A stretch of DNA of 64,000 nt from Arsukibacterium tuosuense (GTDB lineage: Bacteria > Pseudomonadota > Gammaproteobacteria > Steroidobacterales > GCA-2729495): assembly GCA_945872065.1 (NCBI GenBank), contig CAMBYH010000005.1, forward strand, positions 10,775-74,774. The letters are read 5' to 3'. The notes under the pieces are model-generated. The model saw nothing but the letters and a program-made list of their open reading frames with translations, did not search any database and was not told the origin of the DNA. A program made the position numbers and the translations under genes. Every line of letters begins with the position of its first letter. The first letter of the stretch is position 1. Positions 45,930-55,546 of this stretch are shown in pieces.

Positions 45930-46025
45930 CGCTCTTAAGCTTCCTTATGGCAAATTTGGATCGGTGGAAACCGATTAACCGCCGAATATTACTCGAAAAA
46001 TCGCCCAATGGCACCGGGTCACTGG

Positions 46026-47372
46026 CTAACGGGGCAGTCCCGGGAACCCCCGCATGAGGCGCCGGAGGCCCCCATTGCCCATCTTTTTCATCATTTTTTG
46101 CATCTGGCTGTGCTGTTTCAGGAGGCGATTGACCTCCTGGACCGGCAATCCGGCACCCCCGGCGATCCTGCGGCGGCGGGAGCCGTCCACAATCGCCGGC
46201 CGGCGTCGCTCCCGGGGGGTCATGGAGTCAATGATCGCGATTTGGCGGCGCAACATCTTCGGGTTGATCTGACCGGCGAGCTTTCCGGCGGACATCCCCG
46301 CCGGCAGGGGCATCTTTTCGAGCAGGCTCTCCACGCCCCCGAGACCGGAAATCTGCTGCAACTGGGCTCGCAGGTCATTGAGGTCAAACTGCTTGCCGCC
46401 GGCCACCTTCTCGGCCAGCTTGGCCGCGGAGTCATGGTCCGCCTTCCTCTGAACCTCCTCGACCAGGCTCAGCACATCGCCCATGCCCAGGATGCGCGAC
46501 GCCATTCTGTCGGGGTGAAAGGTTTCAAGCTCGGTAACCGCCTCGCCCGTACCCAGAAATTTGATGGGCTGACCCGTGACGGTCTTTACCGACAGCGCGG
46601 CGCCACCGCGCGCATCGCCGTCGGCCTTGGTCAGAATCACGCCTGACAAGGTCAAGGCCTCGCCAAACGCCCGCGCGGAGTTGACTGCGTCCTGACCCGC
46701 CATGCTGTCCAGGACGAACAGCGTTTCAGCCGGATCCGTCCTGTCGCGCAATATCCGCAGCTCGGCCAGAAGCTCCGCATCAAGTCGGCTGCGGCCTGCG
46801 GTGTCGATGATCAGTACTTCAAGCTGGTCTCGTCGGGCGTCGGTAAGAGCTTTCTCCGCTATGCCCACGGCACCCAAGCTGATCTCTCCCGAGAGAAACG
46901 GGACGTCGATTGAGGCCGCGAGGCGCTCAAGCTGCAGGATTGCGGCCGGTCGCTGGGTGTCAGTGCTGACAAGGCCGACCCGCTTGCCAAGGCGATCACG
47001 AATGAACAGCGCAAGCTTCGCTGCCGTGGTGGTCTTGCCAGCACCCTGCAGGCCCGCCAGCAGAATCACCGCTGGGGGCTGGCGCCGGAGATTCAGCTCA
47101 GCAGCACCCTCGCCCAGCGCCCGGGTGAGTTCCTCGTGAAGGATGCGAACGAAAACCTGTCCCGGCGTCAGGCTACGCAGAACGTCGGCGCCCAGCGCAC
47201 GCTGCCGAACCACTTCTACAAAGTCGCGCACTACAGGCAACGCCACGTCTGCTTCTATCAGGGCACGTCGTACGTCCCTGACGGCATCCTGAATGTTGTC
47301 TTCGGTCAGCCGCCCGCGGCCGCGGACCTGATCCAGGACACCACGCAACCGTTCACTCAGAGTGTTAAACAT
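46026..47372 (-). CDS. ffh: signal recognition particle protein Ffh
   Basis: MFNTLSERL start, GLQGAGKTTT, DTAGR, TKADGDARGGAALS, methionine-rich M domain. ATG at 47372. Confidence 0.96.
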   Translation of the reverse strand: MFNTLSERLRGVLDQVRGRGRLTEDNIQDAVRDVRRALIEADVALPVVRDFVEVVRQRALGADVLRSLTPGQVFVRILHEELTRALGEGAAELNLRRQPPAVILLAGLQGAGKTTTAAKLALFIRDRLGKRVGLVSTDTQRPAAILQLERLAASIDVPFLSGEISLGAVGIAEKALTDARRDQLEVLIIDTAGRSRLDAELLAELRILRDRTDPAETLFVLDSMAGQDAVNSARAFGEALTLSGVILTKADGDARGGAALSVKTVTGQPIKFLGTGEAVTELETFHPDRMASRILGMGDVLSLVEEVQRKADHDSAAKLAEKVAGGKQFDLNDLRAQLQQISGLGGVESLLEKMPLPAGMSAGKLAGQINPKMLRRQIAIIDSMTPRERRRPAIVDGSRRRRIAGGAGLPVQEVNRLLKQHSQMQKMMKKMGNGGLRRLMRGFPGLPR

Positions 47373-47532
47373 GACGATGAACCTGCCTGAGGCCCCAACT
47401 GCCGTCCAAGGCTGAAATTGTAAGCTGCCACGCCGGTTCTGTAGCAGCCTCTTGCAGAGGAGCCCGCCTTGACAGTGTCGCTGGCGGGTTGTCACCATCA
47501 TCGTGTGATGACTGAATTAGTGGGGCCTGCCC

Positions 47533-48843
47533 TTGCCTGACGCCGTCGCCCCAGACCTGCAGGCTGGCCTGCAGTTTGGCCTGGAGATTGGCCCGCTGCT
47601 TGGCCTGCTGGTCCTCCTTCTGCTGATCTCGGCCTTCTTTTCCGGCTCTGAGACGGCGCTTCTGACGCTCAACCGGTATCGCCTCCGCCACCGGGCCCGG
47701 CAGGGGCATCTGGGTGCGCGCCTCGCAGAGAAGCTCCTGGCCCGCCCGGACCGCCTGATCTCGCTGATCCTGATTGGCAGCAATATCGCCAACACTCTCG
47801 CGACATCCCTGGTAACAGTGGCCGCACTACGCATCGGCGGGCCGGCCGGCGTCGCCGTCGCCAGTGTCGGCCTCGCCTTTGTGATCATGGTTTTCACCGA
47901 CGTGATGCCGAAGACGGTGGGTGCCCTCCGGTCCGAGCAACTTGGCCTCCCCGCCGCGGTCATCTACTACGGCCTGCTGAAGATAACGCTGCCCGTTGTC
48001 TGGGTGGTTACCGCGATTTCTAACGGCCTGCTGCGACTCTTTGGTGTCCGGGGAGATCAGGTCAGTCAGCACAATCTCACTCTCGACGAGCTTCGAACAA
48101 TCGTCACGGATGCCGGGGCCCTGCTCCCGCGCCGCCGGCAGCGCATGCTCATGTCTATCCTCGAGCTGGAGGATATGACGGTAGACGAAATCATGATTCC
48201 GGATAACGAACTAACGGGGATTGACCTGGACGACGACTGGCAGTCGACTGTTGACGCCATCAGCCGGTCCCCCCACAGCAGGCTTCCCGTGTACCGGGGC
48301 AACGTCGAGAACCTTCTGGGCCTGCTCCACGTGCGATCCCTGGTGGGTGCGATGTCAGGCACCCTCAATCAGCAGGTCATCGAGAACCTGATGGCAGAGC
48401 CATTTTTCGTACCCGAGGGCACTTCGGTGCATGGACTGCTGGTCCAGCTGCACCGCACTGGCCAGAGAACGGCTTTCGTCGTGGACGAGTACGGCGACAT
48501 CCAGGGCATGGTCACGATCGAGGACATCATTGAGGAGATTCTGGGCGGGTTCTCTGCCAGCGCTGACACGAGCGATATGGACGTCCGGAGGGAGGGCTCA
48601 GAGGAAGCCTGGGTGGTGAACGCCGGAATCAACGTGAGGGTGCTCAACCGGATGATGCACTGGAACCTGCCCACCGACGGTCCAACCACGCTTAACGGCC
48701 TCATACTGGAAAAACTTGAGACCATTCCCGCCAGTGGTGCCCTGCTGCGACTGAATGACTATCAGGTTGAGATTCTGGCAACGGGCGACAATGCGGTGAG
48801 CACCGTGCGCGTCAGGCCTCCAGAGCGGGCAGCATCCGCATGA
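47533..48843 (+). CDS. CNNM/CorB-type transporter (DUF21 + CBS pair + CorC_HlyC)
   Basis: FFSGSETAL in DUF21, a CBS pair, and a C-terminal transporter-associated domain. First codon is TTG. The 3' end overlaps convergent radA by 32 nt. Confidence 0.85.
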   Translation: MPDAVAPDLQAGLQFGLEIGPLLGLLVLLLLISAFFSGSETALLTLNRYRLRHRARQGHLGARLAEKLLARPDRLISLILIGSNIANTLATSLVTVAALRIGGPAGVAVASVGLAFVIMVFTDVMPKTVGALRSEQLGLPAAVIYYGLLKITLPVVWVVTAISNGLLRLFGVRGDQVSQHNLTLDELRTIVTDAGALLPRRRQRMLMSILELEDMTVDEIMIPDNELTGIDLDDDWQSTVDAISRSPHSRLPVYRGNVENLLGLLHVRSLVGAMSGTLNQQVIENLMAEPFFVPEGTSVHGLLVQLHRTGQRTAFVVDEYGDIQGMVTIEDIIEEILGGFSASADTSDMDVRREGSEEAWVVNAGINVRVLNRMMHWNLPTDGPTTLNGLILEKLETIPASGALLRLNDYQVEILATGDNAVSTVRVRPPERAASA

Positions 48844-50167
48844 TATCCCGAAGGTTATCTGCCACCGTGATCGCGAGGCCCGGGATTGGCTGCTTGGGGG
48901 CATTCGCCCTTGGAATTACGGCGCGGGTGAAGCCAACCTTTGCAGCCTCCCTCAGACGCTCCTCGCCGTAGGCGACCGGCCGGATCTCCCCGGCCAGGCC
49001 TACCTCTCCAAACACCACCAGGTCCCGGGGCATCGGTCGGTCCCGAATACTTGAGATGGTTGCGAGGAGTGCCGCCAGATCGGCTGAGGGCTCCATGATC
49101 CGGACCCCACCCACGACATTGACGAAAATGTCGTGGCCATGGGTTGCAATCCCGCCATGCCGATGCAGGGCCGCGAGAAGAAGCGTGAGCCGGTTCTGCT
49201 CCAGTCCAATGGCTACCCGTCGGGGGGGGCCACCGCTGCCCTGATCTGCAAGCGCCTGTACCTCCACCAGCAGGGGCCGGCTCCCCTGATGAACGGCCGT
49301 CACCACACTTCCCGGCACCGGATCACCGCGCTGGGAAACAAACAAAGCTGATGGGTTACGGACCTCCCGGATGCCACCTTCCGACATGACGAAGATGCCC
49401 AGTTCGTTCGCCGCTCCGAAGCGGTTCTTGACCGTACGCAGTATCCGGTAACGGCTTGCTACCTCACTCTCGAAGTACAGGACAACGTCCACCATGTGCT
49501 CGAGCAGCCGGGGTCCCGCTATCTGCCCGTCCTTCGTCACGTGACCCACCAGAAAGACCGCGATTCCCGACTGCTTGGCGAGCCTGACCAGCAAACCGGC
49601 GCAGGCACGGAGCTGATTGGGAGAGCCGGGTGTGGACGGCAGGAGATCTGTGGCCATGGTCTGGATGGAATCGACGATCAGGCATCCCGGCCGGGTCTCC
49701 TGGACCGCGGCGAGTACCTCATCTACCCGCGTGGTGGCGATCGCCGCCACAGACCCAAGATCAGCGCCAAGTCGCCGCCCACGGAGACTGATCTGCTGCA
49801 GAGACTCCTCGCCACTGGCATAGAGCGTGCCACCCCCGGTCCGGAGGTTCGCAGCTGCCTGCAGAAGCAGTGTGGACTTGCCGATACCCGGGTCGCCACC
49901 AAGCAAAACGACAGACCCGGGCACCAGCCCGCCCCCGAGCGTGCGATCGAGCTCGGTGAGACCGGTCGAAACGCGCACCACGGTCTCGGTACCCACGTCT
50001 GTGAGGCGCCGCACGGGCACAGTGCCCGGGGTCACTGCTGCTCTGGCCAGGCCGCTGGCTGCGGGCTCGAGTGAGTTCCAGGCGCCACAGGCGGGGCACT
50101 GCCCCTGCCATTTGGAGGTGCCAGCGCCGCAATCGCTGCAGACATAGGTTTTGTTGGCTTTTGCCAT
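48812..50167 (-). CDS. radA: DNA repair protein RadA/Sms
   Basis: Zinc finger CSDCGAGTSKWQGQCPACGAWN, GDPGIGKSTL, KNRFG, Lon-like C-terminus. ATG at 50167. Confidence 0.95.
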   Translation of the reverse strand: MAKANKTYVCSDCGAGTSKWQGQCPACGAWNSLEPAASGLARAAVTPGTVPVRRLTDVGTETVVRVSTGLTELDRTLGGGLVPGSVVLLGGDPGIGKSTLLLQAAANLRTGGGTLYASGEESLQQISLRGRRLGADLGSVAAIATTRVDEVLAAVQETRPGCLIVDSIQTMATDLLPSTPGSPNQLRACAGLLVRLAKQSGIAVFLVGHVTKDGQIAGPRLLEHMVDVVLYFESEVASRYRILRTVKNRFGAANELGIFVMSEGGIREVRNPSALFVSQRGDPVPGSVVTAVHQGSRPLLVEVQALADQGSGGPPRRVAIGLEQNRLTLLLAALHRHGGIATHGHDIFVNVVGGVRIMEPSADLAALLATISSIRDRPMPRDLVVFGEVGLAGEIRPVAYGEERLREAAKVGFTRAVIPRANAPKQPIPGLAITVADNLRDIMRMLPALEA

Positions 50168-50301
50168 GGGCGCCTCAGGATTCGACCGGCAGCTTTGTGG
50201 GCGGATAAAGGCCCCATTTCGAGACGGGCGGCGCCGCGAGCAGCCCAAAAACTACCACTCAGGTCTCACCCCGGAACCCCTGATCCGCATACTATTTTGT
50301 A

Positions 50302-52755
50302 ATGCTCTCACAGGACAATAAGCGGATCGGCCTCAGCGAGGCTGCCCAGGCCGGGGTGTGCGCCGTTCTGGCCCTGTTCTTTGCCCTGGGCGGCGACCGG
50401 CTGGTCGGCATTGAAGGGGGATTCTATGACCTGTGTCAGCGACTGTCCGCACGCCCAGCCACAGCCCCGGTAGTCATCGTCAACGTCGATGCCGACACCA
50501 AGAATCTGTGGGCACTTCCCCGGCTGGATGAACTTATCTCAAGCCTGAAGGCTGCGGGGGCCCGGCTGATCATCCCGGCCACGCCTGCGCCGCCGCCAGC
50601 AGGGTCGGACGATGTCAGCAGGCTCCAGTCACTCCTGCGGCTTGAGGAACGTGGCGGAGCGCTTCAGAGTCGTACCGAGCCCGGTCTTCTCAGCAGGCAA
50701 CTGGCGGAGATCGAAGCACGGATTGAACAGCAAGAACGCGTCGCCGCTGCGGTTCAGGCGGCCGGTAACGTCGTTCTCCCCCTGCCAACTGCCGAACTCC
50801 GGCCGGGGGGAGCACCGGGAACCGGCATCTGCGCCGAGCGGATCGCTGCCGCAAGTTCTCGCTTCGCGGTCCTGGACCACAGCCAGCAAAAGACCGCAAT
50901 GCTGGCACCAGCAGCGGGGGTACTCTGCAGTGCGGCTGCGATGGTCGGCCATGCCGCACTGCTGACCGACCGCGATGGCGTGGTCCGCCGGGCGGCTCCC
51001 GTGCTGACGACAGATTCGGGCAGTCTGCCGTCGAGCGCACTGGCGGCCTTCGAACTGGAGTCTGGTGCACCCCAGGCAGCCGGGAATCTCACCCGCTTCT
51101 ACCAGGCTCAGGCCGGAGCTGAGGGCTTTCCCGTAGTCTCCGCCAAGGACGTACTCAGCGGCATAAGTGCCGCTGACATCCGTGACCGCTATGTCGTGAT
51201 CGGCACCGCTGTCGGAGGACCAGCGGACAGCGTGCATACTCCAGTGGCAAGGGATGACGGAGTGGCCGTTCTGGTCGCCACGGATCTTGCCAACTACCTG
51301 TCGCAGGAACACATCCGACGCCCGGGATGGGCGTTGTGGCTGGAGATAGGGCTTGCGCTCCTGCTGGCTGTCAGCGCGGTGGCTGTCGGCAGGCTGAGTT
51401 TGCCCAAAGCAACACTCCTTGCCGCCTCAGGCACGCTGCTGCTGCTAATGACCGAGTATCTGCTGATCAGCTTTGCCGGCGTCTGGCTCCAGCTCGCGGG
51501 GCTGGCGCTCTTCTGCCTCACAGGAGTCGCAGTCCTGCAGTTCATTATGCAGCTGCCCTCCCGCTCTGGCGATACCGGAGCCGCCGATACCAGCAGGCTC
51601 AGCATCGGCGCTGCGGGCACCGCTCAGGAGCTCGACCTGGGGTTCTCTGTTCTGCGGCAGCAGCCAACCACGGAGCGCACCAAGCTGCAGCTCTACGAGC
51701 TGGCGATGGAACACGGCAAGAAGCGGAACTATGCGAAAGCAGAGCGCGTGTTTCGCCACCTTGCTGCCAGGGATCCTGGCTATCGCGATGTGGCAGCAAA
51801 GCTCGAAAAACTCTCCGGTGCACGGGGGCTGGCGCCACCAGCGCCCCGCGTTCCTCCCGCCCGGCCCAATGCCCTGCCCAACGCCCAGGATCCCCCGCCT
51901 GCCCCGTCTCCGGCGGGCCGAACTCTTGGACGCTACGAACTGGAGAGGGTCATTGGTCGAGGGGCCATGGCCACCGTCTACCTGGGCCGGGATCCCACCA
52001 TCAATCGGCGGGTGGCGATCAAGACACTGCCGCTTGCAGAGGAGTTCGCCGAGAGCGACCTGGCCACGGCACGTTCGCACTTTCTCCGGGAAGCGGAATC
52101 AGCAGGACGCCTCAACCACCCCTACATCATCTCCATTCATGATGCAGGCGAAGACAACAACGTCGCCTACCTGGCCATGGAGTACTTCGAGGGCAAGCCC
52201 CTCAGCCATTACGCCCAGCTGGGCCGGCTCCTGCCTCCCAAGGTAGTCTTCGAGCTCATGGCAAGGGCAGCCGAAGCGCTCCACTATGCCCATACCCAGA
52301 ACGTCGTCCACCGGGATGTGAAACCTGCCAACCTGATGTACGACCTCGCATCGGACAGATTCAAGCTGACCGACTTTGGCATTGCCCGCCTGACCGATGC
52401 CAGTCGAACCCGGACAGGGATCATCCTTGGGACGCCCTCCTACATGTCCCCGGAGCAGCTGTCGGCCAGCAAGGTCTCAGGTCAGACCGACATCTACTCC
52501 CTTGGCGTTACCATGTACCATCTGCTGACAGGTGCGCCGCCATTTCAGGCAGACTCTATTCCCCGCTTGATGGATAAAATCATGCATCAAGGGCATAGCC
52601 CGGTATCTGATATACGCGACGACATCCCAGCCTGTGCCGATGCGATTCTGGAACGCGCACTCGCCAAGAATCCGGCGGACCGGTACGAGACCGGCGAGGC
52701 CATGGCGTTGGCCCTGCGGGAATGTTCCAGTACGTTCCCTTCGGAAGTCCTATGA
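50302..52755 (+). CDS. CHASE2-sensor Ser/Thr protein kinase (Hanks type)
   Basis: N-terminal CHASE2-like region (VVIVNVDADTKNLWALPRLDELISSLKAAGARLII ... DRDGVVRR) followed by 3 TM helices. Then a Pro-rich linker and kinase motifs GRGAMATVY, VAIK, HRDVKPANL, DFGIA, GTPSYMSPE. Confidence 0.88.
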   Translation: MLSQDNKRIGLSEAAQAGVCAVLALFFALGGDRLVGIEGGFYDLCQRLSARPATAPVVIVNVDADTKNLWALPRLDELISSLKAAGARLIIPATPAPPPAGSDDVSRLQSLLRLEERGGALQSRTEPGLLSRQLAEIEARIEQQERVAAAVQAAGNVVLPLPTAELRPGGAPGTGICAERIAAASSRFAVLDHSQQKTAMLAPAAGVLCSAAAMVGHAALLTDRDGVVRRAAPVLTTDSGSLPSSALAAFELESGAPQAAGNLTRFYQAQAGAEGFPVVSAKDVLSGISAADIRDRYVVIGTAVGGPADSVHTPVARDDGVAVLVATDLANYLSQEHIRRPGWALWLEIGLALLLAVSAVAVGRLSLPKATLLAASGTLLLLMTEYLLISFAGVWLQLAGLALFCLTGVAVLQFIMQLPSRSGDTGAADTSRLSIGAAGTAQELDLGFSVLRQQPTTERTKLQLYELAMEHGKKRNYAKAERVFRHLAARDPGYRDVAAKLEKLSGARGLAPPAPRVPPARPNALPNAQDPPPAPSPAGRTLGRYELERVIGRGAMATVYLGRDPTINRRVAIKTLPLAEEFAESDLATARSHFLREAESAGRLNHPYIISIHDAGEDNNVAYLAMEYFEGKPLSHYAQLGRLLPPKVVFELMARAAEALHYAHTQNVVHRDVKPANLMYDLASDRFKLTDFGIARLTDASRTRTGIILGTPSYMSPEQLSASKVSGQTDIYSLGVTMYHLLTGAPPFQADSIPRLMDKIMHQGHSPVSDIRDDIPACADAILERALAKNPADRYETGEAMALALRECSSTFPSEVL

Positions 52756-53576
52756 GCCTCCGCACCAAATTCAACAACGTCCAGGTCTCTGATACCGGCA
52801 GGGTCAGGGAGCACAACGAAGACGCCGTGGGCGCCGACAGCGATACCGGTCTGCTCGTGCTGGCGGATGGCATGGGCGGCTATAACGCAGGAGAGGTTGC
52901 CAGCGGCATAGCCGTGCGCACGGTACTGGAACTGGTACCGCCGGCCTGCGAGCGGGAGGTGCGCAACGCGACGGACCCGGAAACCAGCCTGATGCGGCAG
53001 ACCATCATTCTCCGGGACGCCATTGCCCGTGCCAACCGGGTCATTCACCAGACCGCGAAGATGCAGCCCCAGTGTGAGGGGATGGGCACCACCATTGTGG
53101 CCTGCCTGTTCTACGACAACCGCGTATCCATCGCCCATGTCGGGGATTCCCGGCTGTATCGCTTTCGCCGCAATCGTTTCGAACAGTTAACGATGGACCA
53201 CTCCCTCCTGCAGGAACTCGTGGACCGGGGCTTCTACTCTCAGGAAGAGGCTGCGCGGTCAACCAACCGCAACTACGTGACCCGGGCTCTGGGGGTGGAT
53301 ACCACGGTCCAGGTCGAGGTCCAGGAGGTCGAGGTCCAGGAAGGTGATATCTACCTGCTCTGCTCGGACGGCCTTCCCGACATGGTCGAGGACGAGGATA
53401 TTCACTTAACGATCAGCACTTTTAGTGCTAATCTTCAAATGGCAGGTCAGCAGTTGGTCCAGCTAAGCAACGACCATGGGGGCAAGGACAATGTCTCTGT
53501 CATCCTTGCTCAGGTTATCGAGCCTTTTCCGGCCAAGAGCAGCGTGTTGGCCCAGTTTCGGCGCATCTTTCAGTAA
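52752..53576 (+). CDS. PP2C-family Ser/Thr phosphatase
   Basis: GRVREHNEDA, LADGMGG, GMGTTIV, HVGDSRLY, CSDGL, DNVSVIL. ATGA overlap with the kinase stop. Confidence 0.9.
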   Translation: MSLRTKFNNVQVSDTGRVREHNEDAVGADSDTGLLVLADGMGGYNAGEVASGIAVRTVLELVPPACEREVRNATDPETSLMRQTIILRDAIARANRVIHQTAKMQPQCEGMGTTIVACLFYDNRVSIAHVGDSRLYRFRRNRFEQLTMDHSLLQELVDRGFYSQEEAARSTNRNYVTRALGVDTTVQVEVQEVEVQEGDIYLLCSDGLPDMVEDEDIHLTISTFSANLQMAGQQLVQLSNDHGGKDNVSVILAQVIEPFPAKSSVLAQFRRIFQ

Positions 53577-53627
53577 CCCGTCTTTTAGCAACCCCTCCTT
53601 TAGCAAGGTTGGGCAGGAATTCCGGTC

Positions 53628-54404
53628 ATGGCACGACTGCTTCTAAGCCTCGACGGGCAGGTTCTCGCCGAGTACAACATGTCCAAGGAGCGGTACACGG
53701 TTGGCCGTCTCCAGGACAATGACATTCGGATCGATAACCCCACGATCAGCGGACACCATTCCCTGATTATCAATATCCTCAATGACTCGTTCCTTGAGGA
53801 CCTCAACAGCACCAACGGCACCTACGTCAACGGCAGGCTGATCAAGAAGCACGCTCTGCAGAACGGCGACGTCGTGACCGTAGGCCGTCACCAGCTCCGC
53901 TTCCTGGACGGGACCGCCGACGAGGAAGACGAGTTTGCCAGCACGATGGTGATTGAGCGTCAGGCCGGTGGTATGGAGTCGCTGGCCAAGGCCGCGGCAC
54001 TTTCAGCCAGCATGCACTCGGATTCGAGTGCCGGTTCAATGAGTGCCGGTTCAATGAGTGCCGGTTCAAACGGAGCTGCGCCCAGTCCGGCTGCCGTCCG
54101 TCCCGCAGGTGCCGAACCGGCCGCCAAACGCCTGGCTATCGCGAAGGTTCAGGTTCTGAACGGGTCGTTTCAGGGTCGTGAGATTACGCTCAACAAGGCA
54201 CTGACCACGCTGGGCAGGCCTGGGGCGCAGGTGGTGGCGATTACCCGTCGCGCCGATGGCTATCATCTGGTGCAGGTTGAGAACAAGTCTGACAAGGATC
54301 AGCCAAGGCTCAATGGCCAGGAGCTGGGCCCCCAGGCCCGCAAGCTCGCCGACAATGACGTCATCGAGATTATTGGCACCAAGATGGGGTTCTTCCTGAC
54401 CTGA
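53628..54404 (+). CDS. double FHA-domain protein
   Basis: N-terminal canonical FHA (VGRLQDNDIRIDNPTISGHHSLI...STNGTYVNG). Then a low-complexity linker with SAGSM repeats. The C-terminal FHA-like domain is degenerate (TTLGRPGAQVV...PRLNGQEL). Confidence 0.85.
   Translation: MARLLLSLDGQVLAEYNMSKERYTVGRLQDNDIRIDNPTISGHHSLIINILNDSFLEDLNSTNGTYVNGRLIKKHALQNGDVVTVGRHQLRFLDGTADEEDEFASTMVIERQAGGMESLAKAAALSASMHSDSSAGSMSAGSMSAGSNGAAPSPAAVRPAGAEPAAKRLAIAKVQVLNGSFQGREITLNKALTTLGRPGAQVVAITRRADGYHLVQVENKSDKDQPRLNGQELGPQARKLADNDVIEIIGTKMGFFLT
54027..54071 (+). repeat. in-frame 15-bp tandem repeat, ~3 copies (AGTGCCGGTTCAATG; encodes SAGSM)
   Basis: Units 54027-41 and 54042-56 are identical. The third (54057-71) matches 13/15. 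Confidence 0.9.
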
Positions 54405-54424
54405 CCGGCCACCACGGACGGCGC

Positions 54425-55546
54425 TTAGTCCGGGGTCGTTCCCGCTTCGACGCGCACTGCCACGCGCCGGTTGATCCCTGTCATCAGCGTCCACGGAATG
54501 GTGCGGGAAGCGCCCGCAACCTCTTCCACCGTCGGGCCATCGCCCCAGAGGACGACGCGGTCCCCCGCACAGGCCCCGGGCACGTCAGTCAGGTCTATCG
54601 TCAGCATGTCCATCGATACGCGGCCGACCAGGGGCGCGAGGCTCCCTCTGACAGCCACCGGGGTTCCAGCCCCTACATGCCAGGGGTACCCGTCGGCGTA
54701 GCCCGCCGCTGCCACACCCAGAACACTGGTCCGGGGGGCAACCCAGTGACCGCCATACCCGACCCGCTGCCCCGCCGGGACAACCTTCACGGAAATCAGG
54801 CGGGTCTCAAAAGACATCGCTGGTCGCAGTCCCAACTCGCTGGCCGTCTTGCTCCGCAAGGGCGACGCACCAAACAACATGATTCCTGGACGAACCCAGT
54901 TGACCCCGGTATAGCGCAGGACGCCCGTGCTTCTGAGGGTCTCGGGCCACTGCAGGATAGCTGCCGAATTGGCCAGACTGACGTCGCCATCCCAGATCCC
55001 AAGCACACTGCTGAAGCTCTGCAGCTGCGCGCGCGTTTGCGGGTCTGTCTGGTCGTCGGCACATCCCAGGTGAGTCATCAGCGTCAGAGACCGAACCGTC
55101 GCGGCAGACTGGAGCCGCCGGAGAAGATCAGGAACCATGGCAGGCTCCATCCCCAGTCGCCCCATGCCTGTATCCACCTTCAGCCAGCAGGCGACGGGGG
55201 CAGCCACCGCCGTGGTTTCAAGGAGCCTGACGTGCTGGATTGAGTGCACTACCACGTCAAGGGCCAGGTCCGAGGCGGCCCGGATCTCCTCAGCGGTCGA
55301 ACAGCCACCGAGTATGACCAGACGCTTCTGGATCCCGGCCTCCCGCAGCTGAATGGCTTCCTCCAGGCGCGCTACCGCAAAGGCCTCGGCCGCCTCCAGA
55401 ATGCGGGCGACCTGAATCAGTCCGTGACCGTAGGCATTCGCCTTGATGACAGCGAGTACGGCACAGCCCGGCGCCAGCTCGCGTACCCGGTTGAGATTGC
55501 TCCGCAGCGCTGCCGGTCGAATGACCGCAACCGCCGCTGGCGTCAC
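54425..55546 (-). CDS. alr: alanine racemase
   Basis: AVIKANAYGHG (PLP lysine), a C-terminal beta-barrel, and the dnaB-alr arrangement. GTG start overlaps the dnaB stop. Confidence 0.93.
   Translation of the reverse strand: MTPAAVAVIRPAALRSNLNRVRELAPGCAVLAVIKANAYGHGLIQVARILEAAEAFAVARLEEAIQLREAGIQKRLVILGGCSTAEEIRAASDLALDVVVHSIQHVRLLETTAVAAPVACWLKVDTGMGRLGMEPAMVPDLLRRLQSAATVRSLTLMTHLGCADDQTDPQTRAQLQSFSSVLGIWDGDVSLANSAAILQWPETLRSTGVLRYTGVNWVRPGIMLFGASPLRSKTASELGLRPAMSFETRLISVKVVPAGQRVGYGGHWVAPRTSVLGVAAAGYADGYPWHVGAGTPVAVRGSLAPLVGRVSMDMLTIDLTDVPGACAGDRVVLWGDGPTVEEVAGASRTIPWTLMTGINRRVAVRVEAGTTPD

Noticed and set aside
50302-54404. Interpreting the kinase/PP2C/FHA trio as a type VI secretion post-translational regulator (PpkA/PppA/Fha1).
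   Set aside because: No T6SS structural genes (tssA-M, hcp, vgrG, clpV) occur anywhere in the 64 kb. The kinase sensor is CHASE2 rather than a PpkA-type periplasmic domain.
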